Below, piece by piece: positions 13,489 through 26,468 of a DNA stretch of 64,000 nt. The stretch lies in contig NC_057719.1 of the NCBI RefSeq assembly GCF_004010195.1, positions 78,324,898-78,388,897 of the forward strand. The letters are read 5' to 3'. The DNA is from Chiloscyllium plagiosum (lineage: Eukaryota). Numbering within the stretch: position 1 is the stretch's first letter; each line of letters begins with the position of its first letter. The position numbers and the translations under genes are program-made. Below the pieces are notes generated by a model. The model was not told where the DNA came from. It ran no database searches and was given only the letters and a program-made list of their open reading frames with translations.

Positions 13489-14326
13489 ATGAATATGTAA
13501 AGAAGGAAAATAGAGGTTATAGACGAAAAACAGGACTGCTTACCCTGACATGATGGACTGAATATCACATGATTCTGTGATTTGTATGTACTGAAATTTT
13601 AAAGAGTAATAATGATTATTGCTCTGACATGACACTGATAATATAAAATGGGTTATGTAGAATTGGCAGCCAGTTCTGACCTCTCCCAATCTTCCATTGG
13701 GCATCACCTGTTTCCTGTTGCTTGATTTGCCCACGGAGTAAAACCTAACACCAGGCACTAACTGACTTCCTTGAATGTTGTTTGCTAACGGGCCAGATAA
13801 GTAATTTGCTCACTGACTACATTTTACAAACTTGCATATATTAGCAACCTCAAAGCGGACTGAGCTGGTCATCATTAATATTGACTGAAACATGATGTTC
13901 CCTCTGAAATGGCAGTGTGTCTGATGAATCAGTCATGTGAGCTGCATGATGTCATCAAAGGAGCGAAGAAGGAACAAAACAGACAAATGATCAAACAAAG
14001 AAACTAAGATAGTATTGGGGTAAAAGAAAACTAACTGAAATGAACTGGTTGCATGGATTCACAACCAAAGTGGAGATTAACTCAAAATGAAAATTGAAGT
14101 GATAAAGAGAAATTGAATTTAAAATCTTATTTATTCCGTCATTCATGAGGACCATGTATTATTCTGTATTATTCTGCTGTCAAGACAAATGGCTACCTGT
14201 TAAGATTAGTGAGCCCTAATTGCTGTCAAGTAGATCCAGAATGAAGTTTGCTTCTTTTTCAAGTCATAGCTCACAAACTTAGTTTTACCCCTTTTCTTTT
14301 CCACAAAATGTCAGTCATAATGTATA

Positions 14327-14515
14327 CAGAGCGACCCCCGTATCTGCAGAATCATTTTCCCCGGTTTCAGTTACCCGCAGTTTACCGTGGCCAGAACATA
14401 TTATAGGGAACGTTCTGGAATCATGGACCAGAAGGCTGCGGGGTACGTTTCCTATTTAATTGAATGGGTTCGCTCCTGATCCGTGGTAGGTCCTGCGGGT
14501 ACAGGGAGACTATTG
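14327..14515. mobile_element. Tigger-like MITE, second family
   Basis: TA-flanked imperfect TIRs CAGAGCGACCCCCGTATCTGCAG ... CTGCGGGTACAGGGAGACTATTG. Confidence 0.6.
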
Positions 14516-14559
14516 TATTCGTCAAATGACTTCACATTTTCTAAATGGGTACCGACCTT

Positions 14560-15250
14560 GCTTCCATGGCAGCAATCTTGTTTCTGAATCTGAAGGTTTT
14601 ATGTTCGAGTTTTTTTTCCGGTTCTTGAGAACAAAACGCAATACCTCAGCACTTTGCCTTATTGACAGAGGTGTTTAAGCTGATTAGATTAGATTCTCTA
14701 CAGTGTGGAAACAGGCCCTTTGGCCCAACAAGTCCACACAGACCCCCCAAAGAGTAACCCACCCAGACCCAACTCCCTCTGACTAACGCACCTAACACTA
14801 TGGGCAATTTAGCTTGGCCAATCCACCTGACCTGCATATCTTTGGTCTGTGGGAGGAAACCGGAGCACCCAGAGGAAAGTCACGCAGACACAGGGAGAAT
14901 GTGCAAACTCCACACAGACAGTTGCTAGAGGCTGGGATCGAACCCGGGTCCCAGGCGCTGTGAGGCTGCAGTGCTAACAATTGAGTCACCTTACCCCCCG
15001 CAGGATCTTACCTCTATAATAAAGGTAACAGATACCAGTGCATCGTTGCAAGAAGAAAAGGCAAGTTCTCCCAACACTCTGGCCAACAATTATTCTCTGC
15101 AGCAAAATAAACTAAAATAGATTAACTAGCTGACTGTCTCAAACTATTGTCACTGACACATTGCTGAGTGCAAATTGCTTTTGCTAATGTTTAAAAAGTA
15201 ACCAATTGGATATTGGATATTTGAAAAGGTTTTGACAGTGTGGGAAGTGT
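14560..15250 (+). mobile_element. SacSINE1/DeuSINE-like SINE, interrupted by HE1
   Basis: Degenerate head TCTGAATCTGAAGGTTTTATGTTCGAG and Deu-like GAAGAAAAGGCAAGTTCTCCCAACACTCTGGCCAACAATTAT. Confidence 0.6.
14682..14999 (-). mobile_element. HE1-type SINE
   Basis: Full body and tail match the other HE1 copies. Confidence 0.93.
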
Positions 15251-15948
15251 GATTGTGGATTTAAGAGTTTTCTGTCATCTTTGTGGCTGTACAATATGTT
15301 AGAGACAAAACAGGTTTATTGGTTTGGAGGTTTGAATTGCCCTGATTTTATAATTAATATTCAGAGGAGGAGAGTGTTGTAGGGCATAGTACAAACAACA
15401 TTGTTCGACTGCTAAATTTGTTTTGTTTTAGGGGTACACTGCTCAATTGTTCTTAAGTAAATATTGGGCGTGCACCATCAGTTAAGAACTGATTCTGTTG
15501 TTTTGTGTAACAGGGGAATATTCCTTCAAACTACATCCTTGATTTTTATTTTGTTTTACATAGTCTCACACAAACTTCAAAGGAGCAATTGGCAAGGGAT
15601 GAGCTCATTTTCACTCGTCCCTCAAAGCAGTGAGTAATGCGAATCTCATGGAAAATGCAGATGACATAATGAAGAGCAACTTGAAGTTTTAGTTTGCAGT
15701 TGAACAGCAGACTGGAGGAGCACGTGAATAAGAAAAGTGCAGAGCTCGGCTCATTGTTCAGCTCCAATTCTGTCACCACACGTCTCATCAATATTTTCAT
15801 CATCAGTTTTCAAGAGCAAAGCACAGAGCAGGAGCACCTGGCCCAGGCAGCCCAGCATGGCACCCAACAGGAGGACAGAGCTTGCTGACTCTGACTTCCA
15901 AACTCCTTGAGAAAAATGATTTAAGGGAACGCAGAGTGCCAGCTAACC

Positions 15949-16082
15949 ATGCCAGCAGTCTTGCCAGGAACCTTAACTGGTGCCTCCTGGGGGAATGAGA
16001 CAAAGATCGAGTGCCAGCTTCCTTATCCCAGGGCTGCTAATGAAGCAGCAAGAAAGCGAACAGCCTCACTAATGCAACTAAG
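15949..16082 (+). CDS. Candidate coding part of a 5' exon of an unidentified host gene (MPAVLPGTLTGASWGNETKIECQLPYPRAANEAARKRTASLMQL)
   Basis: Non-repeat, locally GC-richer sequence; ACCATG start, 44 open codons plus 2 nt, then AAG|GTAACA donor. No homology recognised. Confidence 0.35.
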
Positions 16083-16325
16083 GTAACACACATGATGCTG
16101 TTTTCTCTTGCTTACTCAGGGCAACAGCACAATCTCTTCAAGCAGCACCTGTACAACTAGGGTCCTCACAATGTGCTTTGGTTAAAGGATAGCTCTAACA
16201 CTGGAATCTTGACTATCCAGGTTTTACTATTAGAATTAAAGATTGCTGTTTAAAAATCAAGGCCTGGCCATCTATAGACATTTAGGCAAAATCTTTTCTG
16301 TTAGGGTTGTGAGTCTCTGGTTATA

Positions 16326-16499
16326 CAAACAATTCCTCTATAATGCAATTGTTGCGTTCTTGTGCAACCCTGCATAATAGAAATGTGTTGGCGATGTAAT
16401 CACGTTACAGCCAACACATTTTTTAAAAGTTCACGCTTTAGAAACAGAGTCTGCAATTCTTCAATCGCATTATAGCGAATGTCCGTTAACGAAACCCTG
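16326..16499. mobile_element. Tigger-like MITE, same family as 4124-4343, right end eroded
   Basis: Shared internal GCTTTAGAAACAG...TCAATCG..TTATAGC motifs. Confidence 0.6.
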
Positions 16500-16629
16500 A
16501 AAAGATATACTTTTAAGCTTGAAGTAGGTTCTTGTTTAGCAAGGGGATGAAAGGTTGTTAAGGTAGGCAGGAATGTGGATTTGAGATTGCAATTAGATCA
16601 GCAATGATCTTGGTAGAACAAGATCTTTT

Positions 16630-16740
16630 CTGGTCAACCTGTTCAGAGATATAATTACACACCTCTGGAGCAGGTGGGAGTTGAACCCAGGGCTCCTCAC
16701 TCGGAGGGAGAGACACTACCGCTGCACCACAAAGAACCCT
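16630..16740 (-). mobile_element. Short tRNA-derived SINE; related fragments near 21205-21275, 31515-31575 and 61915-61985
   Basis: Minus strand has A box TGGTGCAGCGG and B box GGTTCAACTCC followed by CACCTGCTCCAGAGGTGT; no complete cloverleaf. Confidence 0.7.
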
Positions 16741-17628
16741 TTTAATGACAGAACAAACTCGAGGGGCTGAATAGTTTACACTTCTAATTTGTTGCTTTGC
16801 ATTACTAGCTACTGTAGCTCTGGACCTTCAATTTCATGGAGGCTGATCCTGGATCCTTAACATTATCTCTTTGATATGGTATACATGGCTGAACTGCTAA
16901 ACATGACCTTGTGTACTCAGTACCGCTTCTTGCATTTGTGATTAACTCATAATAGCCTCCACAATCAGTACGTTAAAGGAAGCATCGCCACCTGTAAATC
17001 CGTCTTGCAATATGAGGATGAGATCAAGCAGCTCATTTGATGCACTAACCACGGCAACTGGGGAGATTGGCAATATAGGGGCAGCATCATGTTAATAAAA
17101 GAGAACCCAAAGTCCTGTTACCCTTGTGACGCTCTGTACATAGACAGGCTGTCACTCTCTCAGTTATCTCCTTTAGCACTAAGGGAGTAATGCTTACCCA
17201 TTCTTGGCTTCGATTGATCTTTAAAGGGATTGTCATGAAGGGGAAGAGAATCAGGAATTGGATTTCTTGCTGATTAATGATGCCGTGTAGAATAACAGGA
17301 TCATGAAGGTCAAGCCACCTAGGACACCTTGAAACGTGATCCTGCTCTGTCTCCCTCTGCGACAATCTCCTCCCGAATTCAATAGATGTGATACAGAAAC
17401 GTGTTTCTAAGGTGATGGGGATTGGTATGGTGGGTATAGAAAGTACTCATTTGGTCAGATGGGGTAGATAATTGAGGGAATTTCCCTTCCCTTGAAATGA
17501 GGAGAAAAGGTTAGGCCTTGTGGTTTCAGGAGTATACTCCCAGAGAAAGAAAAGAACTAGTTTGTGACTTGCATCTATATAGCTTCTTTAATGACCTTGG
17601 GATGTCCCAAAGGCCTGTGCAAATGACT

Positions 17629-18548
17629 TAGATTAATAGATATGTACAGCATGGAAACAGACCCTTCGGTCCAACCTGTCCAGGCCGACCAGATATCCCA
17701 ATCCAATCTAGTCCCACCTGCCAGCACCCGGCCCATATCCCTCCAAACCCTTCCTATTCATATACCCATCCAAATGCCTCTTAAATGTTGCAATTGTACC
17801 AGCGTCCACCACATCCTCTGGNNNNNNNNNNNNNNNNNNNNNNNNNNNNNNNNNNNNNNNNNNNNNNNNNNNNNNNNNNNNNNNNNNNNNNNNNNNNNNN
17901 NNNNNNNNNNNNNNNNNNNNNNNNNNNNNNNNNNNNNNNNNNNNNNNNNNNNNNNNNNNNNNNNNNNNNNNNNNNNNNNNNNNNNNNNNNNNNNNNNNNN
18001 NNNNNNNNNNNNNNNNNNNNNNNNNNNNNNNNNNNNNNNNNNNNNNNNNNNNNNNNNNNNNNNNNNNNNNNNNNNNNNNNNNNNNNNNNNNNNNNNNNNN
18101 NNNNNNNNNNNNNNNNNNNNNNNNNNNNNNNNNNNNNNNNNNNNNNNNNNNNNNNNNNNNNNNNNNNNNNNNNNNNNNNNNNNNNNNNNNNNNNNNNNNN
18201 NNNNNNNNNNNNNNNNNNNNNNNNNNNNNNNNNNNNNNNNNNNNNNNNNNNNNNNNNNNNNNNNNNNNNNNNNNNNNNNNNNNNNNNNNNNNNNNNNNNN
18301 NNNNNNNNNNNNNNNNNNNNNNNNNNNNNNNNNNNNNNNNNNNNNNNNNNNNNNNNNNNNNNNNNNNNNNNNNNNNNNNNNCCTCTTATGCTCGCATCCA
18401 AATCATTTATGTAAATGACAAAAAAGTAGTGGACCCAGCACCGATCCTTGTGGCACTCTACTGGTCACAGGCCTCCAGTCTGAAAAACAACCCTCCACCA
18501 CCACCCTCTGTCTTCTACCTTTGAGCCAGTTCTGTGTCCAAATGGCTT
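17629..18548 (-). mobile_element. HER1/CR1 LINE 3' portion spanning a gap
   Basis: Tail left of the gap; [22 protein letters not shown]...VPQGSVLGP right of the gap. Confidence 0.92.
17822..18381. other. Assembly gap
   Basis: Run of N. Confidence 1.
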
Positions 18549-19054
18549 GTTGAGTACTGGTCCCTGTTTTCACAGAGGAAATGTGACAGCTAATTTGTTT
18601 ACAGAAACAAACTCCCACAAACAGAGATGTGATCATGGCTGAATCAAATATCTTTTACGCTGTTGACTGTAGGATAAATAGTGGTCAGGATACTGGAGAT
18701 AACATCATACTATTCTTCAAAAATAATACCATGAGATCTTTCGCATGCGCCACAGAAGAGCAAATGGAGCCTTAATGTCCCATCTGTAAAATGACATCTC
18801 TGATGATCCTCTTATGCTTGGGTCTCAGGTGTGGAAATTGAACATACAATGTTCTGACTCTGAAACAACAGGAGTGCTACTAACTCAGTCTCATAGATCA
18901 TCCATTACTCTATTGTTGCTCCTGGGTAACCCTCACTGTCAGAGAGTGGTCGGGGACAAAGTGAGAGGCAGGGTTGACTCAAGGTCATCTATTGGACTTT
19001 TGGTCCAAGTAAGTGTTTTGCTATTTGACCAAAAATGTTGTTTTAAAAAATGGT

Positions 19055-19397
19055 GGGGTGGCATGGTGGCTCAGTGGTTAGCACTGTTGCCTCACAGCAT
19101 CAGGGACCCGGGTTCAATTCCAGCCTCGGACGACTGCCTATGTGGAGTTTGCAAATTCTCCGTGTCTGCGTGGGTTTCTTCCCACAGTCCAAAGATGTGC
19201 AGGCTAGGTGAATTAGTAATGCTAAATTGCCCATAGTGTTCAGGAATGTTAGGTCGGGTGCATTAGTCAAGGGTAATTGTAGAGTAATAGGGTAAGGGTG
19301 GGATTTGGGTGGGTTATTCTCCGGAGGGTTGGTGTGGACTTGTTGGGCCAAAGGGCCTATTTCCATACTGTAGGGATTCTTTGATCTATTTCTATGA
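19055..19397 (+). mobile_element. HE1-type SINE
   Basis: A/B boxes, V-domain and tail. Confidence 0.93.
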
Positions 19398-20677
19398 TTA
19401 TATATATATATATAAAACATACAGTATGTTGTTTCCCAGGTGCAGAAATTGTCCCAAATCCCCAGACACTTCTGTGGCAAAAATTCTTCATCTTGACAAT
19501 CTCCAACACCTGATCCCAGTGTTGCCTGCACCTCATCAAACTCCGTCTAAGTGTTGCCAAGGGAACTGTGAACTGCAGCTCTATTGGTTGATGTGACAAA
19601 TGAGGGCAGTTGGATCACAGGGCGGCTCAAAGTACAAGGGAATGCTCCAGAGTTTTAATGAGGGAAGATGGGCTTGTACCTGATTTTCCTGCCCAGTATA
19701 ATTCTCTCCACTGTCTGTGTTTAAAATGCTGATGAAATTCATTCCTGTTTGTTGTGTGTTATCATTGGGAGCTTCTAAGTTTGTAGTTTGTTTGTTTAGC
19801 CACCTTCAAGTCTAATGAGAAGAGTCTTCTCGAGTAAACAATGTATTTTTTTTTGCACCTCTTGTAGTTTGTAACACGAGGGAGAATGATACTGCAAAGA
19901 CTATTGGGTAGACCTAGCCTGTCCCTCAAGATCCTACTCCCCTCCCCCACCAAGTCTATGCAACCTCATCATCATTGGTGGTGTTTTGAAATGTTTTCTG
20001 TTCCTGGAGAGTTTCCTGTAAGTTTTGGAAAATGTTTGATTACTTTCTCAGACCATTTTGAACAATGGAATACAAAATTTGGTACTGAACAACATGGAAT
20101 ACCTGAAATGTTATGGAAACAGTTGGCCCCATTCAGAGAGATCTTGGGTTATGAATTTATAACCTGTTACGTGCAAAAATGTTTGTTTCCTTTTCCAATA
20201 TACGTGACCTATCTCAGTTTAATTCTTTGCATTCCTGTCAAGCAGTGGCTGTACAATTACAGAAACATTGTGATTGTGATTTGTGATGCTGATAAAGTTG
20301 ACTAATCTTTCTAATCCTTGGAGAATGTGTGAACATGTGATTGTGAGTGATGCAGCTGTTATGCTTCATTTGCTTTAGTAGTACAGGTCATCGCTTCACA
20401 GATTAATTGGGTTGTAGGAAATCAAGTTTGTAAAATGGTTCTCCAAGAATTCCTTCAATTTCCAGCCTGGTCCTAAGGGTGCTGCATATTCAAATGCAAT
20501 AATGACCCAAACAGACTTGCCTACTGATAGGAACTAATTATATGAACAGCAAGGTAATGGACTTTAATTGCCTGTTCATTTAAAAACTAATGATTATAGC
20601 ATTGCTTGTGGGCAGTGTTGTTACAAACTGCCAATGCCAGAAGTTGATGGACAATGAATGGACTATATCCAAAAGCA

Positions 20678-20806
20678 GTTAAGAGTGTGGTGCTAGAAAA
20701 GCACAGCATGTCAAGCAGCATCTGAGGAGCAGGAAAAAAAAATTAACATTTTGAGCAAAAACCCTTCCTGATAAAGGGCTCCAGCATCTGCAGTCCTCAC
20801 TTTCGC
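20678..20806. mobile_element. Penelope-like fold-back insertion with 15-bp TSD
   Basis: TSD CTATATCCAAAAGCA at 20663-20677 and 20807-20821. Confidence 0.85.
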
Positions 20807-20924
20807 CTATATCCAAAAGCATCTGTGTTGATCTCTGTATGACTAAAGTTCATCAAGATGGTCACTGATTCAGAACTTCTTAAAATTAAGAAATAAACAA
20901 ACTTTAAAATAAGTGTAGTGCATT

Positions 20925-21910
20925 GAATATTTCATGGGATGTGAATGTTACTTACTTGGCCAGCACTTATTGTCCATGTCTAAATGCCCTTGTGAAGACC
21001 CTGGTGAGCCACCTTTTTAACATGCTGCAAACCTTGGGTATAGGTCCATTCACAGTGCTATTAGAAAGGGAGCTCTGGGAATTTGGCCCAGTGACCATGA
21101 AATTTGCAAACAGTTTGTTTCCATCTCTATGTCCTTTCTAGGTGATGAGGTCATAGGCCTTAAGTGGTGTTGAAGGATTTTTTTTAAATTAACCTATTTT
21201 TCTGATCAGGTGGGAAATGAATGCAGGCCTCCATGGTCCAGGGCAGGGACACTACCACTGCAACACACAAAGGCTCTGTTGAAGGATTATGGTATTTAAT
21301 TAAGATCAGCTGATCATAGATCACTGTATGGTGCGGGATTGCTTCAGTTTGTGGGTGGAGCTAGTGAGTTAAATGACTAGCTCCTGATTCAGAAAATTCT
21401 AGAAAAAGACCCTGTATGCTGCTTCTGGCTATGCTTGGCTGTATGTTGAAAATTCTTTATGGTTTTAAGTCATGTAAATTAACATGTTTGAATTTGGAAC
21501 TATCTCTGGATAGTCTGATAAAAACAAGATACAATGTAACTTAATCCCAGTGTAATATTGATGAGATGCTGTGTGTCTTGAATAGGGCCTTGTGTTAGTA
21601 GTGGGTCTGGGGGTGAACGTGTTGCAATTGAGGAGGCTGCTCTGTCCTGGATGGTATTGAGCGACTTGAGTTTTGTTGGACCTGCGCTCATTCTGGTAAT
21701 TGGAAAGTATTCCCATAGGACTCCAGTTGGGAGACTGGTTTTGGGGTTAGGATGTTGAGGGAGGGGTGGGGTGTGGAGGGGGTTAGTTGTTGCAGAGGGA
21801 TGAAGGTGTCAGGAAATGAGTTAGTTCCCATAGGATTCCCAGGCTGTGATCTGTTCTTGTAGCCACAGTATTTAACTGGGTGGACCACCTTTGGTTTCTG
21901 GTCTGGACAG
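20925..21910 (-). mobile_element. CR1-group LINE family B fragments
   Basis: 3' tail near 20925-21180; SAGPTKLKSLNTIQDRAASSI motif at 21560-21910. Confidence 0.7.
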
Positions 21911-22929
21911 CTCATTCTGATTGTCAGAATAACATACCCCTGTTACTGACCTGCAATTGTATGGGAATTGATGGAATCTTTTTCTGGTCCAAATGCGTCA
22001 GTCGGCAGTCAGGTCAATGCCACAAACTCATGATCTGAATGGAATTACTCCAGCTGTAGTCAGCAGTATGCAAAAGTTAAACCAGCTACGGTGCAAAAGG
22101 AGATCTAAGATAGCTAACCTTCCTGAGAGAAAATTAACAGCAGTATTATGGTTACCCAGGATTTTTTTTTATATTGAGGTGCTGTGTTTCAAGCAATATC
22201 AATGCAAGTTGTTCTAGAAAACTCACTTCTATGTATGTTCTTGTCCTTTTACGCTAGTTAAACAAAGGAACCCATTAACCTGATAACAAATACACGTGTA
22301 ACTTATGTGACATTGAGCTTCATAATATTGAGTACGTGCAAGCATTCTCATTGTACCCTGATCAAGTGAAGAAACCTAAACCAAGCTTGATAGAGATGCT
22401 GGTCTTCAGCTATCTCTCCTTTTTAATCACATTTTTAGCTGTCGGAGCTATCTGTCAATATTGACTCATTGCTGTATGTATGTGCAATTTGAGATTTTTT
22501 TCTTATTCAAATGTGGCAAATGACACTCCGGGTTATGATTTAGTTATGAGCAGTTATTACTATTTTTGGAATAATTTCTTTTGATCATCAAGCATTAATA
22601 GATGTTCAATTTGCATTGTGGTGAACAGATGTTATTATGACGTGTAGGTCCACTGAAGGAGCAAAGTTCCCATTTGAGCTCTCATTCATTTTGGTTAAAT
22701 GACATTTTAAAAATTTTGTCAGTTCCAATGCTATAAAGTATAAGGTAGAATCTTTCAGATTCATCTCAAATGAAGTTGACTGCTTCATCTGACGAAGGGC
22801 TCCTTAACTACTGAATGATTAGTTGTGCATATGTGTTCATTATTGGGCGGCATTTTCCCATTCCTAATCATTGTGGTAGTTAGTGTATTAAGATGTTGAC
22901 CTACATACTGCTGGAATCACCACTTCTGA

Positions 22930-24379
22930 GAACCCGTCACGCCGTGTACCAATCAGCTCCCGTGTACTTGCAGCATGCACAGATCAACTGGCAGAGGTCT
23001 TCTCGGACATCTTCAACCTCTCCCTGCAGCAGGCCACTGTCCCTGCCTGTTTCAAGAGGGCCAACATCATCCCTGTGCCTAAGAGGGCTCACACAGCATG
23101 TCTCAATGACTACCGCCCAGTGGCCTAAGTTTGGTCAAGAAGCACTTTGAAAGGCTGGTCATGGCATTAATCAACCCCAGCCTCCCCACTACTCTTGATC
23201 CACTCCAGTTTGCCTATTGGATCCACGTCAGAAGCCATTATCACTTGCCCATCACTCCTCCTTAGAACATCTTGACACCAAGAACAGCTACATAAGAATC
23301 CTACTCACTGACTACAGTTCAGCCTTCAACACTATTAGTACCTCGAGACTGATTACGAATCATGGGCTCTCTGACTAAGCCCCACTCTCTGCAACTGGAT
23401 CCTCCGTTTCCTGATCCACAGGCCACAATCAGTGAAGACTGGGGACAATATCTCACCCACACTAACACTAAACATGGGAGCCTCCAGGGTGAGTACCCAG
23501 CCCCTACTGTACTCACTGTATACCCATGACTGTGTTGTCAAATACCAGACTAATGCCATTTACAAGTTCGCAGATGACACCACCGTAGTCGGTTGAATCT
23601 CAGATGCAACGAAACAGACAATAGACAGAAAGACCTGGAAAAATGGTGCACTGAGAACAACCTAGCTCTCAATGTCGGCAAAACCAAGGAACTCATTATT
23701 GACTTTCGATGGGATGTTACTCATGCCCCCCTACACATTTTACAGCGCAGAGGTAGAACGAGTGGAGAGAGTCAAGCTCCTGGGAGTGGTCATCCACAAC
23801 AAGCTTTCTTGGACTCTTCATGTGGACGCACTGGTTACAAAGACCCAATATCTCTTCCTCAGTCACGTGAGGAAGTTTGGCATGACTTCCTAACTTTAAT
23901 AGGTGTGCCACTGAGAGCATTCTGTCTGAATGTATCACTACCTGGTATGGCAGCTGTACCATTCAAGATCGGAGACGGTTACAGAGAGTGGTGAACTTGG
24001 CCTGAATAATCACAAAGGCCAACCTCCCATCTATATAGAATCCATCTACCAGGCCCAATGTCATGGAAAGGCAGTCAGTGTTCTCAAAGATCCATCCCAT
24101 TTCAGCAATGTTTTTCTACAATCTCTACCATTGGGAGAAGGTCCAGAAGCCTGAATACACACACCAACCGATTTCGAAACAACAGTTTCTACCCTACTGT
24201 TGTTAGAATACTGAATGGCCTCACAAACTCTTAGCGTTCGCCTGTACCTGTGTTTTTGTTTTTGCTGTTTGCCTATTATTTACAAATCTATGATACTTTA
24301 ACTATGGAATCTGCCTGTATTGCTCGCAAGACAAAGCTTTTCACTGTGCCTCGTACACTTGACAATAAATTCAATTCAA
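22930..24379 (+). mobile_element. Rex1/Babar-like LINE, 5'-truncated
   Basis: [45 protein letters not shown] and KFADDTTVVG motifs plus characteristic tail. Confidence 0.9.
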
Positions 24380-25340
24380 GTTGTTTTAGCCTATTACAGT
24401 CCTTGATACTGGGGTTCAGGGCCTCCAGAAAGTGCGGGCCAATCAGAGGCTAGTAGCTCCTGGTCTTAAGTCTTTGTTTGTCGTTCAACAGCGTGTCTGT
24501 AATATTATCCTTGTAACAACAGGCAACTATCATGTGAGCAATGTGGTACTGAAAAATCCAATAGATATTTAGGTAAGATGCAATAAGCATGTCCTACCTC
24601 TATCTGAAATATGTCTTATTACTACATACACGGGTGTATCTGTGTCTGGGCTAACACTGTAACTGAGTTTAAAGAGTGGCATAGTTCTATCAGCATCTCA
24701 TGCTTCAAGTGGTCAGAGTTAAGATGGTTGAGACCTTTATAGTCTCAGGTCAAATGCGGTGATACAGTGATTATGAAGCGATACTAATTGTGAGACATAA
24801 CACTGAAATCCAATAGTTGATACCTACTCCCTTGAGGGATCGATTGGGAATAATTTTTTTATATTCTTCCCAGTTAGGCAAAAAAAAAGTGATTAACCTA
24901 TCAGGCAGATGTGTTGAAGCCCTTAAGTGCACAATAATCAATCACTGAAAGGCAGAGTGGTGGCAGGTTGAGGACGTTGCCCATTGAACGTCTCCCCTTT
25001 AATTACTGAGTTGGTGAGGGGGGGGTTTCTCTCCAAGGTCAAATCTCCCAATTCTTTCTTTCCTCTTCTTACCCCCCCCCCACCCCAGGAGGGGAAATTT
25101 TTGTGTCCATTGTTCTCTGGTTTTCTCAAAGCATATATTTTCAGTGCCTTCTGAATTTAGTATGCAGCAAGGAATAGGTAGTACTTTTGGCTAGGATGGA
25201 ATTTCATGCTTTGCACATCATTACAAATCACTTTCTCCAGTTACCATTTGTATTCTTTTGGGAATGTTGAGAAACAGAGCTGAAAATGTGTTGCTGGAAA
25301 AGCGCAGCAGGTCAGGCAGCATCCAGGGAACAGGAGAATC

Positions 25341-25368
25341 GACGTTTCGGGCATAAGCCCTTCTTCAG
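25341..25368 (-). ncRNA. Minimal hammerhead ribozyme core
   Basis: Minus strand CTGAAGA-A-GGGC-TTAT-GCCC-GAAAC-GTC. Confidence 0.7.
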
Positions 25369-25575
25369 GAATGAGGAAAGTTTGTCCAGCAGGCTAAGAT
25401 AAAAGTTAGGGAGGAGGGACTTGGGGGAGGGGTGTCGGAAATGTGATAGGTGGAAAGAGGTCAAGGTGAGTGGGATAGGTCAGACTGGGGTGGGGGCGGA
25501 GAGGTCAGGAAGAAGATTGCAGGTTAGGAAGGCAGTGCTGAGTTCGATGGATTTGACTGAGACAAGGTAGGGGGA

Positions 25576-26155
25576 NNNNNNNNNNNNNNNNNNNNNNNNN
25601 NNNNNNNNNNNNNNNNNNNNNNNNNNNNNNNNNNNNNNNNNNNNNNNNNNNNNNNNNNNNNNNNNNNNNNNNNNNNNNNNNNNNNNNNNNNNNNNNNNNN
25701 NNNNNNNNNNNNNNNNNNNNNNNNNNNNNNNNNNNNNNNNNNNNNNNNNNNNNNNNNNNNNNNNNNNNNNNNNNNNNNNNNNNNNNNNNNNNNNNNNNNN
25801 NNNNNNNNNNNNNNNNNNNNNNNNNNNNNNNNNNNNNNNNNNNNNNNNNNNNNNNNNNNNNNNNNNNNNNNNNNNNNNNNNNNNNNNNNNNNNNNNNNNN
25901 NNNNNNNNNNNNNNNNNNNNNNNNNNNNNNNNNNNNNNNNNNNNNNNNNNNNNNNNNNNNNNNNNNNNNNNNNNNNNNNNNNNNNNNNNNNNNNNNNNNN
26001 NNNNNNNNNNNNNNNNNNNNNNNNNNNNNNNNNNNNNNNNNNNNNNNNNNNNNNNNNNNNNNNNNNNNNNNNNNNNNNNNNNNNNNNNNNNNNNNNNNNN
26101 NNNNNNNNNNNNNNNNNNNNNNNNNNNNNNNNNNNNNNNNNNNNNNNNNNNNNNN
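25576..26155. other. Assembly gap
   Basis: Run of N. Confidence 1.
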
Positions 26156-26440
26156 GAGAGGTGGGGAAGAAGATTGCAGGTTAGGAAGGCGGTGCTGAGT
26201 TCGATGGATTTGACTGAGACAAGGTATTTCCCCTCCCCCCACCTTGTCTCAGTCAAATCCATCGAACTCAGCACCGCCTTCCTAACCTGCAATCTTCTTC
26301 CCGACCTCTCCGCCCCCACTCCCGTCTGACCTATCACCCTCACCTTGACCTCTTTCCACCTATCACATTTCCGACGCCCCTCCCCCAAGTCCCTCCTCCC
26401 TACCTTTTATCTTAGCCTGCTGGACAAACTTTCCTCATTC

Positions 26441-26468
26441 CTGAAGAAGGGCTTATGCCCGAAACGTT
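26441..26468 (+). ncRNA. Minimal hammerhead ribozyme core
   Basis: CTGAAGA-A-GGGC-TTAT-GCCC-GAAAC-GTT. Confidence 0.7.

Larger units (their letters stand above)
16270..16790 (+). mobile_element. CR1 3' remnant carrying nested MITE and SINE
   Basis: TTAGGCAAAATCTTTTCTGTTAGGGTTGTGAGTCTCTGG...GATCAGCAATGATCT...CTCGAGGGGCTGAATAG. Confidence 0.6.
17566..18892 (-). mobile_element. SacSINE1/DeuSINE-like SINE split by a HER1 insertion
   Basis: Tail (GACTTGCATCTATATAGC) at 17566-17628; body and head (TTCTGACTCTGA...GAGTGCTACTAACTCAG) at 18550-18892. Confidence 0.7.

Noticed and set aside
17642..18418. Long ORFs of 206-258 aa
   Set aside because: They only read through an N-gap.
19817..19831. Palindrome GAGAAGA-G-TCTTCTC
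   Set aside because: 7-bp arms are expected by chance in 64 kb.
19886..20305. 139-aa ORF in unique DNA
   Set aside because: No recognisable domain or convincing splice signals.
25480..26388. ORFs of 245 and 302 aa
   Set aside because: N-gap artefacts within a palindrome.
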